Shown in pieces: positions 47,411 through 60,081 of a stretch of 64,000 nucleotides of DNA (the stretch's first letter is position 1; each line of letters opens with the position of its first letter). The DNA lies in assembly GCA_043747615.1 (NCBI GenBank), contig JAYTOU010000023.1, forward strand, positions 1-64,000, in the 5' to 3' direction. Origin of the DNA: Myxococcales bacterium. Lineage in GTDB: Bacteria; Myxococcota_A; Polyangia; Polyangiales; Polyangiaceae. Made by a program: the position numbers and the translations under genes. Under the pieces are notes generated by a model. That model saw nothing but the letters and a program-made list of their open reading frames with translations. It was not told the DNA's origin and ran no database searches.

Positions 47411-48994
47411 ATGTCCGAGGAACCCATCCAGCCCCCGTCAACGTCGCTCGTCGCTGGCAAATACGAGCTGCTCGGGATGATCGGGCGTGGCGGCATGGGG
47501 TCGGTCTGGGAAGGGCGTCACATCACCCTTGGCACCAAGGTCGCGATCAAATTCATCGAGAAGGAGTACGCGCAAAGCGAAGAAGCGCGCTCCCGGTTCG
47601 ACAACGAAGCGCGGGCCGCGGCGACGATTCAATCGAAGCACGCGATTCAGATTTTCGACCACGGCGTTACCGATGACGGCAAGCCGTACATCGTCATGGA
47701 AATGCTCGAAGGCGAGCCCCTCGACAAACGCCTCGAGCGCCTCGGCCGCATGCCCCTCCAGGAGGTGGCGCGCGTTCTGTCGCAGGTGTGCCGTGCTCTC
47801 TACCGAGCGCACGAGCGAGGCATCGTCCACCGAGACTTGAAGCCCGAGAACATTTTCCTCGTGCGCACGCAGGACGACGACGAAGACGTCGCCAAGGTCC
47901 TCGACTTCGGCATCGCGAAGATCCGCGGCCCGGGTGGGCAGTCGCTCTCGAACAGCACGAAGACGGGCGCGGTGCTGGGAACGCCGTATTACATGTCGCC
48001 CGAGCAGGCGCGCGGTCTGCGCAACATCGACCACCGAACCGATCTCTGGTCGCTCGGGGTCATTGTCTTCAAGTGCGTTACGGGCGTCCTCCCCTTCGAG
48101 GGAGAATCGCTCGGCGACCTGCTCGTGAAGATTTGCACGACGCCCATCCCCGTGCCTTCCCAAGTGCTGCCCGGTCTGCCTCCCATGTTCGACGCGTGGT
48201 TCGCGCGTGCACTCGATCGCGATCCGACGAAGCGCTTCGCGAACGCTCAAGAGCTGGCCGACGCGCTCTCCTACGCATGCGGCATCAGCGTCCGCCGCCC
48301 GGCCCCGTCGGGCGTGCAAAATCAGGAGATCGGGAACGCACGAACGATCGCAAGTACGCCCCCGCCGGGCTTCTCCCCGTCCCAGTCGCGGTCCCAATCG
48401 AGGCCGGGCTACGGATCAGGCGGCGTCGGCGGCAACTCGGTGCCCACGGAGTATCCGACCGACGGCGCGCGGCACTCGGCCCAGTCAGGATTTCCCCAGC
48501 AGCGCGGGCCCAACGGCACGGCGGCACCGTTCACCGCGTCGTCCCCGCCGATGCGCAGTGGATCGAGCGGCGCTCTTGTCGCGGTGATCGCCATTGCTGC
48601 AGCGCTCCTTGGGGGAGTGCTGATTCTGCTCCTCGTGGGAAACCGCAAAAACACGCCGACGTCCGTGCTCGCGGGGCCCTCCGGCATGACGGTCGTTGCA
48701 CCCAGCGTCTCCGTCCAGGTCTCCTCGCCGCCCGCTACGCCGCCGCTTCCGCCGGTCGATCTCACAGGTCCCGCGCTCGCGGTGGCCCCGCCGGCGAGCG
48801 CCGCCAAGGTCACTCCCGCCGCAAGTACACGTCCACGTGGCGGAAGGCCTCCGGCTCCGTCCCCGCAGCCGCCCGTTGGCGCCGCGGTGGTGCTGAACCG
48901 TCCACCTCAGGGCGTAACGATCTCACCTGCGCCTGGCACGCAGGCCGTGCCCCCTCAGGGAAAGCAGAGCACCCCCAGTGATCCCGGATTTTAA
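47411..48994 (+). CDS. Membrane-anchored Ser/Thr protein kinase
   Basis: GRGGMG, VAIK, HRDLKPEN, DFG and GTPYYMSPEQ; one TM; Pro-rich tail. Confidence 0.93.
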   Translation: MSEEPIQPPSTSLVAGKYELLGMIGRGGMGSVWEGRHITLGTKVAIKFIEKEYAQSEEARSRFDNEARAAATIQSKHAIQIFDHGVTDDGKPYIVMEMLEGEPLDKRLERLGRMPLQEVARVLSQVCRALYRAHERGIVHRDLKPENIFLVRTQDDDEDVAKVLDFGIAKIRGPGGQSLSNSTKTGAVLGTPYYMSPEQARGLRNIDHRTDLWSLGVIVFKCVTGVLPFEGESLGDLLVKICTTPIPVPSQVLPGLPPMFDAWFARALDRDPTKRFANAQELADALSYACGISVRRPAPSGVQNQEIGNARTIASTPPPGFSPSQSRSQSRPGYGSGGVGGNSVPTEYPTDGARHSAQSGFPQQRGPNGTAAPFTASSPPMRSGSSGALVAVIAIAAALLGGVLILLLVGNRKNTPTSVLAGPSGMTVVAPSVSVQVSSPPATPPLPPVDLTGPALAVAPPASAAKVTPAASTRPRGGRPPAPSPQPPVGAAVVLNRPPQGVTISPAPGTQAVPPQGKQSTPSDPGF

Positions 48995-49074
48995 CTTCGG
49001 GCCTCGCGGAAACGCTAGAGTCGCACTCCTCAGACGGCGTGCAAGGAACGGCGCGGTCGACTAGGGGTCTTCTG

Positions 49075-50451
49075 ATGCGTCTGTCTTTATCTTCAATCGT
49101 TCTAGCCCTCGCACTGGGCGCGGCCGTGTTCACCGCTCCCGACAGAGCCTTCGCGCAGACCACGAGCGACAGCGATCGCGCGGCCGCTCGCGAGCTTTAT
49201 TTTGCGGGCGTCGCCCTCCAAGACGCCGGAAAGTTCGGAGACGCGCTCGACAAGTTCTCCCGGGCCAACCAGGTCGTCAACGCGCCCACGAACCTCCTGC
49301 GTATGGCCGAGTGTGAGGCGATGCTCGGCAGGCTGGTCGAGTCGAGGGAGCATTACCGCACGGCCATGCGCATGAATCTCCCGCCCGACGCGCCCGCCGC
49401 GCTGAAGAACGCCCAAGAGCAAGCGGCGCAGGAAGTGAAGGGCGTCGAGTCGCGCGTCCCCGAGCTTAAGATCGAGGTGACCCCAGCCAACGTACCCACG
49501 CTCACGGTGACCATCGACGATCAGCCGCTGAACTCCGCGCTCGTCGGTGTCGCTCGGCCGATCAACCCGGGCAGCCACCGCGTGGCCGCGTCCGCTCCCG
49601 GCTATACGCGCGCCGAACAGACGATCGACGTCAAAGAGCGCGCGAAGCAGACGATCACGCTCACGCTCCAGAGCACCGGCGGCGTGGTCTACGGGCCGGC
49701 TGGCGGCGTCACCGTCCAAGGCCCCCCGACGCAAGGTACCGCCACCGCCCAACCGACGGCGCAGCCCGGTGTCGAGGCGGCCCCGAGCGACAAACCCCCT
49801 GTCTACAAGACTCCCAAGGACACCCGCTCGCAGTCGAGCATCCTCCTTGGGCTCCGCGTTGGCGCCTCCGTCCCGGTCGGCGACATCCCCAACGACGACG
49901 TGGTGGGCGCCGAAAACCGGAAGGTCAGCGACATCTCCGGGGTCGGCGTCGGCGGCGGCATCGAAGGTCATTTTCGATTCGCGCGCACCTTCACCTTCGG
50001 GCTCCTCCTCGAAGGCGTGAAGTTCGGTACCAAGCCGCTGGCGGGAACGACCAACGAGACCACCTCGACCACGGGGCTCCTCATGGGCACCGTCGGTTGG
50101 CTGTCGAATCCGGACGGCGTCGGATTCTGGCCGGAGCTGGGCGTCGGGTATCGCGTGTATAATGCAACGATTGCCTCCAGCGCGTCCAGCGCCACGAACA
50201 TCGACGTGTCGAAGGGCGGCCTGGAGTTCATGATCGGCGCCGGCGTCCACATCCGCGCGGGCAGCCACGTGCGCATCGTCCCCAAGATCGAAATCGACTT
50301 CGGCGGCTTCTCGAAGACCGTGGCCACCGCCAGCGACGTAGGTGCCCAGCACGTGTTCGTCTTCCTCGGAATGGGGGGCTACTTCGATATCGACCTCGAT
50401 AAACACCCCATCATCGAGCCTCCGACAGACATGCCCAAAACCAAGCTTTAA
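49075..50451 (+). CDS. Exported TPR + PEGA-like protein with a C-terminal beta-barrel-like region
   Basis: Signal peptide; AARELY..G..ALDKF TPR; INPGSHRV PEGA-like segment; amphipathic beta strands at the C-terminus. Confidence 0.75.
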   Translation: MRLSLSSIVLALALGAAVFTAPDRAFAQTTSDSDRAAARELYFAGVALQDAGKFGDALDKFSRANQVVNAPTNLLRMAECEAMLGRLVESREHYRTAMRMNLPPDAPAALKNAQEQAAQEVKGVESRVPELKIEVTPANVPTLTVTIDDQPLNSALVGVARPINPGSHRVAASAPGYTRAEQTIDVKERAKQTITLTLQSTGGVVYGPAGGVTVQGPPTQGTATAQPTAQPGVEAAPSDKPPVYKTPKDTRSQSSILLGLRVGASVPVGDIPNDDVVGAENRKVSDISGVGVGGGIEGHFRFARTFTFGLLLEGVKFGTKPLAGTTNETTSTTGLLMGTVGWLSNPDGVGFWPELGVGYRVYNATIASSASSATNIDVSKGGLEFMIGAGVHIRAGSHVRIVPKIEIDFGGFSKTVATASDVGAQHVFVFLGMGGYFDIDLDKHPIIEPPTDMPKTKL

Positions 50452-50553
50452 TTTGCTGTTTGACGCGGCTTAGCGCGGCGCGTCGGACAAAGGGATGCAA
50501 CGATTTACAACTTGGTGACAAAGCTCACCTGCGCCGGTGCTTAGCTCCTCTGC

Positions 50554-52092
<1,539 letters not shown>

Positions 52093-52229
52093 GGGCCGGA
52101 AGCAAGCTTTTTTCACCCTCGCTGGAACCACGTCCGTCGCAGGGTGAGAAGCCGAGTTTCGGCTGGCGCGACGGCGAATAGGCCGTTTACTATTGGGGTC
52201 ATGGCCTTTCGGGGGGGAACGAGACGATC

Positions 52230-52628
52230 ATGACCAAAGCGGAGATCGTCCAAGCTCTGTACACGCGCGTCGGCGGCTTCTCGAAGAAGGAGTCGGCAGA
52301 CATCGTCGACTTGGTTTTCGAGATGATGAAAGAAACGCTCGGCAAGGGTGAGAAGATCAAGATCAGCGGTTTCGGCAACTTTGTTTTGCGCGACAAGCGG
52401 CAGCGCCCCGGACGAAACCCGCAGACGGGCGACCCCATCAAGATCAGCGAGCGCCGCGTCCTCACGTTCAAGGCCAGCCAGATCCTCAAGCAGGCCCTCA
52501 ACGTTCGCAACGCCGCACGGTCCATCGACGGACACGCGACCAACGGCGCCGCCATGACCGGCGCTCCCGCACCGAGCTCCCCCGCCGCTACGGGGGCGCT
52601 CCTCTCCTCCGCAGGCTCCAAGGAATAG
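52230..52628 (+). CDS. ihfA: Integration host factor alpha subunit
   Basis: [15 protein letters not shown] and RPGRNPQTG; followed by a MerR gene as in the conserved ihfA-merR pair. Confidence 0.93.
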   Translation: MTKAEIVQALYTRVGGFSKKESADIVDLVFEMMKETLGKGEKIKISGFGNFVLRDKRQRPGRNPQTGDPIKISERRVLTFKASQILKQALNVRNAARSIDGHATNGAAMTGAPAPSSPAATGALLSSAGSKE

Positions 52629-52636
52629 TCGAAGAC

Positions 52637-53143
52637 ATGTCAGGCGGTTCGGCTCCGACTCGGGGCGGCGGCGGGCTGCCGGCGAAGCTTTATTTTCGAA
52701 TTGGCGAGGTCTCCTCCCTCGTTGGCGTCGAGCCGCACGTCCTTCGCTATTGGGAGCGCGAGTTCCGGAGCATTCGGCCGACGAAGAGCGCGAAGGGCCA
52801 GCGGGTCTATTCGCGTCGCGACGTCGAAAATCTCATGCGCGTCCGCGAGCTCCTTTACGCGGAAGGCTTCACGATCGCCGGCGCGAAAAAGAAGCTTCAA
52901 AAGACGGGTCTAGAGCCCTTTGCCATCGTGCCTGTCGAGACGCCCGCAGAGACGCCTGTCGAGACGCCTGCAGAGTTGCCGGCAGCAGAGACGGAGCTTG
53001 CCGCAGCCCGGTCGAGCCTCGAAGCGACCGGTTCCATCGCACGGGATCACACCCGAATGCGCGCGAGCCTGACCGAGCTGCGCACCGAAATCGAAGCGTT
53101 CCTCGACGAGCTCGGCACGGCCCCGCATTCTCCTTCGCCGTAG
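52637..53143 (+). CDS. MerR-family transcriptional regulator
   Basis: [39 protein letters not shown]. Confidence 0.9.
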   Translation: MSGGSAPTRGGGGLPAKLYFRIGEVSSLVGVEPHVLRYWEREFRSIRPTKSAKGQRVYSRRDVENLMRVRELLYAEGFTIAGAKKKLQKTGLEPFAIVPVETPAETPVETPAELPAAETELAAARSSLEATGSIARDHTRMRASLTELRTEIEAFLDELGTAPHSPSP

Positions 53144-53205
53144 TCGCGCTTCATGCACGATTGGGCTTAGCGTCGGCGGAAGAGGACGTGTTACAAGGCG
53201 GCGAC

Positions 53206-55239
53206 ATGATTGGCCACGCGCCCCCCTTCGTGCTCGCTCTGGCGTTCGCCGGCACACTCGCTTTCCCTCTCGTAGCGCACGCGCAAACAGCCGGAGCCGC
53301 TGGCACCGCGCCTGCGACCAGCTCGCCGTCGGGTGCGACTCCGCAAGGGTCAGCGCCGCCTGCGGCACCGGGCGACTCGCTCATCCCAGCGAATCCGCCC
53401 ACTACCGGTGCGGCCGTTTCGCTCAGCGGTCCGGCCGCAGTCAATCCAACGACCGACGCACAATCGCTTACCGCCCAGGGCAAAGAGCGCCCCTCGAACG
53501 ATGGATCGGTCGGCGCAAAGCCGAGCGACGTGTACAGCGAAGACTGGTGGGGTCGCACGCGCCCGGTCCTCGAGCTGCACGGATATTTCCGCACGCGCGG
53601 CGAGCTCCTTCACAACTTCGCCCTCGGTCGACACAACGCGCCCGGCTCGGATCCGCAGAACCTGTGGCCGCAGCCGATCGACCATTCGTACACCGACTCG
53701 AGCGGCGTCGCCCACAACGTCCTGCTCTGCGGCTCGAACACCGACGCGCAACCGACAGCCTGCCAGGACAAGACCCAGGCCTCGGCGAACCTCCGCTTCC
53801 GCATCAATCCCGAGCTGCACATCTCCGACAACCTGCGGATCATGTCGCAGATCGACGCGCTCGATAATCTCGTTCTCGGCTCGACGCCCGACGCGTACGC
53901 CATCCAGCCGAGCGGAAAAACCGCGAACGGATACGCGCCTGCCGGCAATGGTTACAACGGCTACGCGCCGCTCGGCGCTTTTTCGACGACCCAAGGCGCG
54001 CCGACAGCAGGCGTCAACGGCCACCGCAACTCGATCGACGTGAAGCGCGCGTGGGCCGAGTACATGACCCCCGTCGGGCAAGTGCGCTTCGGTCGAATGC
54101 CGAGCCACTGGGGTCTCGGAATGCTCGCCAACGCGGGCGACGGGCTCGACTCCGACTACCAGACGAACGTCGACCGCATCATGTTCGTCACGGGAATCAA
54201 GTCCCTCGATCTCTACGCGGGCGGCGCGTGGGACTTCATCTCCTCGGGGCAGACCAGCGCGTCACCCTACGACGTCTACGGCGGGCAGCCCTACAACACG
54301 AATAACCTCTCGAACGTCAACGAGTACGTCCTCTTCGTCGCCCGGCGCATGAATCCCGAGCTTCAGCGCTTGTCGCTCTCGCGCAACGACGTGGTCTTGA
54401 ACGGCGGCATCTACGCCGTCTACCGCTCGCAATACCTCGACGTCGACACCACCCAGAGCCCCAACCCGCTCACCCAAAATACGGCAGGCAACAACAACGG
54501 CCTCCAGCGCCGCGGCGCGTACGCCTTCATCCCCGACCTCTGGGTCCAGGCTTTGTGGAAGAAATTCCGCTTTGAGGCCGAGCTCGCGACGATCTACGGA
54601 AGCATCCAGCAAACCCCGCAGAGCGCCGACATCGCCAATCCGATCAAGGTGCGTCAGTGGGGACTCACCACCCAGACCGAGTTCAAGGCCATCGAGGACA
54701 AGCTTCGCCTCAACTTCGGCTTCGGCTGGGCGAGCGGAGACCCGTGGGTGCAGAGCCTCAACCCCGGCTCCACCGGCCTTCAGCCCGAGCTCAACACCCG
54801 CGGCCCCATCGGAACCTTCCGCTTCAACCCGGCCTACACGGTCGACTTGATCTTCTTCCGGAAGATCCTCTCGCGCGTCGAAGGGGCCTATTATTTCCGG
54901 CCTTCCGTCGAGTACGACTTTTTGCGAAATCCGAACGGACAGAAATTTGGCGGAGGCGCGGCAATCATCTGGAGCCGCGCGAGCGAGTTCGTCCAGACCC
55001 CCGGTCACAAGCGCGATCTCGGAGTGGAGCTCGACCTCAACATTTATTATCAAGCCAAGGACGGCTCGCTCAACGACGACCCCGAGAAGATTGGCGGCTT
55101 CTACACGATGCTCCAGTACGGCGTCTTCTTCCCCCTCGGCGGCCTCAACTACCTCCCCGGCGAACAGACCCAGGCGCTCCCAAACTGGGATACGTCGAGC
55201 GCGCAGACGATCCGACTCTTCCTGGGCGTCGTATACTGA
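53206..55239 (+). CDS. Myxobacterial outer-membrane beta-barrel protein (TIGR04551-like)
   Basis: Signal peptide from ATG 53206; LELHGYFRTR, ANLRFR, VKRAWAE, GRMPSHWGLG and FRFNPAY; aromatic C-terminal residue. Confidence 0.75.
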   Translation: MIGHAPPFVLALAFAGTLAFPLVAHAQTAGAAGTAPATSSPSGATPQGSAPPAAPGDSLIPANPPTTGAAVSLSGPAAVNPTTDAQSLTAQGKERPSNDGSVGAKPSDVYSEDWWGRTRPVLELHGYFRTRGELLHNFALGRHNAPGSDPQNLWPQPIDHSYTDSSGVAHNVLLCGSNTDAQPTACQDKTQASANLRFRINPELHISDNLRIMSQIDALDNLVLGSTPDAYAIQPSGKTANGYAPAGNGYNGYAPLGAFSTTQGAPTAGVNGHRNSIDVKRAWAEYMTPVGQVRFGRMPSHWGLGMLANAGDGLDSDYQTNVDRIMFVTGIKSLDLYAGGAWDFISSGQTSASPYDVYGGQPYNTNNLSNVNEYVLFVARRMNPELQRLSLSRNDVVLNGGIYAVYRSQYLDVDTTQSPNPLTQNTAGNNNGLQRRGAYAFIPDLWVQALWKKFRFEAELATIYGSIQQTPQSADIANPIKVRQWGLTTQTEFKAIEDKLRLNFGFGWASGDPWVQSLNPGSTGLQPELNTRGPIGTFRFNPAYTVDLIFFRKILSRVEGAYYFRPSVEYDFLRNPNGQKFGGGAAIIWSRASEFVQTPGHKRDLGVELDLNIYYQAKDGSLNDDPEKIGGFYTMLQYGVFFPLGGLNYLPGEQTQALPNWDTSSAQTIRLFLGVVY

Positions 55240-55246
55240 GGCGGAC

Positions 55247-55837
55247 ATGACGCAGGCCTCCTTCCTTTTTCTCGGGGTGACGGCTGCGGCGTTGGTCGGC
55301 GCGTGCACTTCGGGCAATCCGTCTGGCGGCGACGCGCGCTTCGACGCCGCACCGTCCACGCCTCCGGGAGGCACGCTTCTTTGCCATCCCGCAGCAAGGG
55401 CGCTCGGCACAGGCCACACGTGGGCCGAGCTGTACGCAGATTACTTTGGCCCTTCGAGCGGTGGTGACTGCGGGAAGAATCCCGGCAACTGCCACGGCGA
55501 GCCGACGAGCAAAGGCTCGGCCGGCAGCAACTTCACGTGTCCGCCAACGCGCGACGGTTGCTACATCGGCATGACCAAGGGCATCAAAACGACGGCCCCC
55601 TCGAACGTTCCCGCGGGCAGGGCTCCGGGAGACACCATCCTCATCCAGATCTTGCGCAACGCCGATGGCTCCGGCGGTAGCATGCCGCAGTCGCCGGTGT
55701 GCAGCTTCGACAAGAACGACTACCAGCGCCTCAGCGACTGGATCGCAGCGGGCGCACCGAATGACGGAGTGGACGACGCCGGAGCGGATGCAGCGCCCGA
55801 CGCCCCCGGAGACGCAGCAGACGCCGGTCCGGGCTGA
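55247..55837 (+). CDS. Lipoprotein, possible atypical monoheme cytochrome c
   Basis: Lipobox VGAC; CGKNPGNCH (CX6CH); distal SMP; WIAAGAPND. Confidence 0.6.
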   Translation: MTQASFLFLGVTAAALVGACTSGNPSGGDARFDAAPSTPPGGTLLCHPAARALGTGHTWAELYADYFGPSSGGDCGKNPGNCHGEPTSKGSAGSNFTCPPTRDGCYIGMTKGIKTTAPSNVPAGRAPGDTILIQILRNADGSGGSMPQSPVCSFDKNDYQRLSDWIAAGAPNDGVDDAGADAAPDAPGDAADAGPG

Positions 55838-55841
55838 ACGA

Positions 55842-57191
<1,350 letters not shown>

Positions 57192-57318
57192 GCGCCGCGG
57201 CGATCGGGCTCGGCCGCAGCCTCCCGAAAACCTTTCAAGTTTGCCACGGCGTTGCAACCTTGCATGACGGCTGGCGCGTTCGCTCCCAGATTGCCCGAGA
57301 AATTCTCGAATTCAGCGG

Positions 57319-57334
57319 CGGCCCCTCACTTGCT
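57319..57334 (+). promoter_or_regulatory. Candidate sigma54 promoter
   Basis: CGGCCCCTCACTTGCT has GG-N10-GC with TTGCT, ~45 nt before GTG 57380. TTGCA-rich elements at 57232-57265 could be enhancer sites. Confidence 0.45.
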
Positions 57335-57379
57335 TCGCTACACCCATGGCGAACTTTACGGCGCCACGAGGAGGCACGC

Positions 57380-57844
57380 GTGGGTAAGGTCTTGGTCGTC
57401 GATGATGACCTCAATCAGGGTCGTGCCCTTGCCCTCGGCTTGCGCCTCGAGGGCTTCGAGGTCCGCACCGCCATAAATGGGCAGGCGGCGCTTTCCCTCC
57501 TCGCTGCCGACGCGGCGGAGATCGCCATCGTCGATCTCATGCTCCCGGGGATGAACGGAATGGAGCTCTCGCGCCAGCTCCGCGAGCTCCACCCGGAGCT
57601 GCGGGTGATCCTCTCGAGCGCGTATCACTTGAGCGAGCGACAGCTGATTCGATCGGACTGCGGCGTCATTGCGTTCTTGCCCAAGCCCTACGATTTGCCG
57701 GAGCTCACGACTTTTCTCCGCGCGAAGCTCGCCTCGAGCCCGGAGAGTTGCCGCATCGCCATGAACGAAGGCGTGGCCCATGTCGGCGCGGGAGCTCAAC
57801 GTCGCACCGCGAATTCGGAAGAAGGCGCGCCCAAGGTCGGCTAA
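57380..57844 (+). CDS. Single-domain response regulator
   Basis: GAGGAGG RBS; VLVVDDD, VDLMLPGMNG and LPKP. Confidence 0.88.
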   Translation: MGKVLVVDDDLNQGRALALGLRLEGFEVRTAINGQAALSLLAADAAEIAIVDLMLPGMNGMELSRQLRELHPELRVILSSAYHLSERQLIRSDCGVIAFLPKPYDLPELTTFLRAKLASSPESCRIAMNEGVAHVGAGAQRRTANSEEGAPKVG

Positions 57845-57856
57845 CCTCACCGCGTC

Positions 57857-58930
57857 TTGCGGGTCGACACTTTCTCCTACGAGCTTCCGCCGGATCGCAT
57901 CGCCCAGCACCCCACGAGCGATCGCGAGGCTTCTCGGCTCCTCGTGCTGTCGGACGGCGACGCTCCATCCGAGCACCACACGATCCGCGACCTGGCGAGC
58001 CTTCTTCCGAAGGACGCGCTCGTCGTGGTGAACGACACGCGGGTCATCCCGGCGCGCCTGCTCGGTCAGAAAGCGGACACCGGCGGCAAGGTCGAAATTT
58101 TTCTCGTGCGCCGCGTGGGCACGAGCATTCTTGATCAGCGAGAGATCGAGGTGTGGCAGGCCCTCGGAAAATCGTCGAAGCCGCTTCGCTTCCCGTCTCA
58201 GGTGCTCATCGGCAACCTCGTCATCCATCTGCTCGGGCGCAGCGACGACGGGCTGCTCGAGGTCGGACTTTGGGTCCCCGAGGGAAGCATCGCCGACGCT
58301 CTTCGGGCGCACGGGCATGTCCCCCTCCCCCCTTACATCAAGCGGGACGACGAGCCGTCGGATGTGGAGCGCTACCAAACGGTCTTCGCGCGCGCCGATG
58401 GTGCGGTCGCAGCTCCAACTGCCGGGCTCCATATTTCGCGCGCGCTCCTCGGGCGTCTCGCGGTGCGTGGCTGCGAGCTCACGAGCGTGACGCTTCACGT
58501 CGGGCTGGGAACGTTTCAGCCGGTGACCGTCGATGATCTCGATGAGCACCCCATGCACGCAGAGGTGTTCGAGATCTCCAACACCGCGGCAAAGGCGATC
58601 ACTGCAGCCCGTGCCCGGGGCGCACCCGTGGTGGCGATCGGAACGACGGTCGTCCGCGCACTGGAGAGCGCCGCTGATCCGGAACGCGAAGGCCACGTAT
58701 TGCCAACGACCGGCGAGACGCGTCTCCTCATCCAACCCGGCTATCGTTTTCGCGTCGTGGACATTCTCCTCACGAACTTCCACCTCCCCCGCTCCACTCT
58801 CCTCGCCATGGTGTGCGCGTTCGGCGGGACGCAGCGCGTGCTTGGCGCCTATGATTTTGCGGTGGCGAGCGACTACCGATTTTTCTCCTACGGGGACGCG
58901 ATGCTGCTGACGAAGCAGGTGCAGACGTGA
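57857..58930 (+). CDS. queA: S-adenosylmethionine:tRNA ribosyltransferase-isomerase
   Basis: YELP..IAQHP, VVNDTRVIPARL, PLPPYI, YQTVFA, AAPTAGLH, TNFHLPRS and YRFFSYGDAM. Confidence 0.97.
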   Translation: MRVDTFSYELPPDRIAQHPTSDREASRLLVLSDGDAPSEHHTIRDLASLLPKDALVVVNDTRVIPARLLGQKADTGGKVEIFLVRRVGTSILDQREIEVWQALGKSSKPLRFPSQVLIGNLVIHLLGRSDDGLLEVGLWVPEGSIADALRAHGHVPLPPYIKRDDEPSDVERYQTVFARADGAVAAPTAGLHISRALLGRLAVRGCELTSVTLHVGLGTFQPVTVDDLDEHPMHAEVFEISNTAAKAITAARARGAPVVAIGTTVVRALESAADPEREGHVLPTTGETRLLIQPGYRFRVVDILLTNFHLPRSTLLAMVCAFGGTQRVLGAYDFAVASDYRFFSYGDAMLLTKQVQT

Positions 58931-60072
58931 CTCCTCGCACGCAGGGCTTCGCGTTTCGAGTGGAGGCAGAGGACGGCCACGCCCGCGTCAGCGTCCTCAC
59001 CACGCCGCATGGCGACATCGATCTGCCGACGTTCATGCCCGTCGGTACGCAGGGGAGCGTGAAGACGCTGACTCCCATGGAGGTAGCGGCAACGGGCGCG
59101 CGCGTCGTCCTCGGGAACACGTACCACCTGTGGCTCCGCCCGGGCCCGGAGGTGATCGCCGAGCTCGGTGGGCTCCACGAATTCACCCGCTGGCCGCACG
59201 CGATGCTCACCGATTCGGGCGGATTTCAGGCTTTTTCATTGAGCCAGCTCACGAAGCTCACCGAGGAGGGCTTCACGTTCCGCTCTCACCTCGACGGCGC
59301 CGCGCACTTCCTCTCGCCCGAAGAAGCGGTGCGCGTGCAAGGTCTCATCGGAGCGGACATCCAGATGCAGCTCGACGTTTGCCCGCCTGGAGCCTCTCCG
59401 CGGGGCGTCGTCGAAGCGGCGGTCGGACGAACGACGCGATGGGCAAGACGCGCCCTCGCTTCCCCGAGGCCGCGTGGACAAGCTCTTTTCGGCATCGTTC
59501 AGGGATCGTGTTTTGCGGATCTCCGGCGCGCGCATGCCGAGGAGCTCGCCGCGCTCGATCCTGGTTTCGACGGCCTGGCTCTCGGAGGATTTTCGGTCGG
59601 CGAACCGATCGAGCGAATGTACGAGACGCTCGCAGAGGTGGCTCACGAGCTCGATCGAGAACGCCCGCGTTACCTGATGGGAGTCGGCACGCCACGAGAT
59701 CTACTCGAGGCGGTGGAGCACGGGATCGACATGTTCGACTGCGTCCTTCCGACACGCAACGCCCGCAACGGTCAAGCCCTCACGCGCTTCGGTCGCGTGG
59801 TCGTCAAGCAGGCAAAGTACAAGCGCGACCCTCTCCCCATCGATCCGGATTGCACCTGTCCCGCCTGCCGTGAAGGCTACTCGCGCGCCTACCTCCGCCA
59901 CCTTTTCATGAGCGGTGAGATCCTCGCGTTGAAGCTCTTATCCCAGCACAATCTGCACTTCTATGGGGAGCTGATGGCCGGTGCGCGCGCGGCGATCCAC
60001 TCGAAGAGCTACGGGGGATTCAAGCGTGATGCGCTGGCCCGCATGGCTCAGCCGCCGCGTGATAGTGTGTAA
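58927..60072 (+). CDS. tgt: tRNA-guanine transglycosylase
   Basis: FMPVGT, NTYHL, TDSGGFQ, GIVQG, YLMGVG, DCVLPTRNARNG and zinc site CTCPAC..H. Confidence 0.97.
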   Translation: MTPRTQGFAFRVEAEDGHARVSVLTTPHGDIDLPTFMPVGTQGSVKTLTPMEVAATGARVVLGNTYHLWLRPGPEVIAELGGLHEFTRWPHAMLTDSGGFQAFSLSQLTKLTEEGFTFRSHLDGAAHFLSPEEAVRVQGLIGADIQMQLDVCPPGASPRGVVEAAVGRTTRWARRALASPRPRGQALFGIVQGSCFADLRRAHAEELAALDPGFDGLALGGFSVGEPIERMYETLAEVAHELDRERPRYLMGVGTPRDLLEAVEHGIDMFDCVLPTRNARNGQALTRFGRVVVKQAKYKRDPLPIDPDCTCPACREGYSRAYLRHLFMSGEILALKLLSQHNLHFYGELMAGARAAIHSKSYGGFKRDALARMAQPPRDSV

Positions 60073-60081
60073 GCGCGGCGC

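Noticed and set aside
52937..52975. 12-bp tandem repeats in merR (ETPA/ETPV) and DAAP repeats at 18770-18810
   Set aside because: In-frame low-complexity linker coding; no sign of independent function.
52750..53205. N-terminal 152 aa of the 829-aa track ORF
   Set aside because: Overlaps merR in another frame; the signal peptide begins at ATG 53206.
53143..53206. tRNA-Pro often found after ihfA-merR
   Set aside because: The gap is only ~60 nt with no cloverleaf or T-loop motif.
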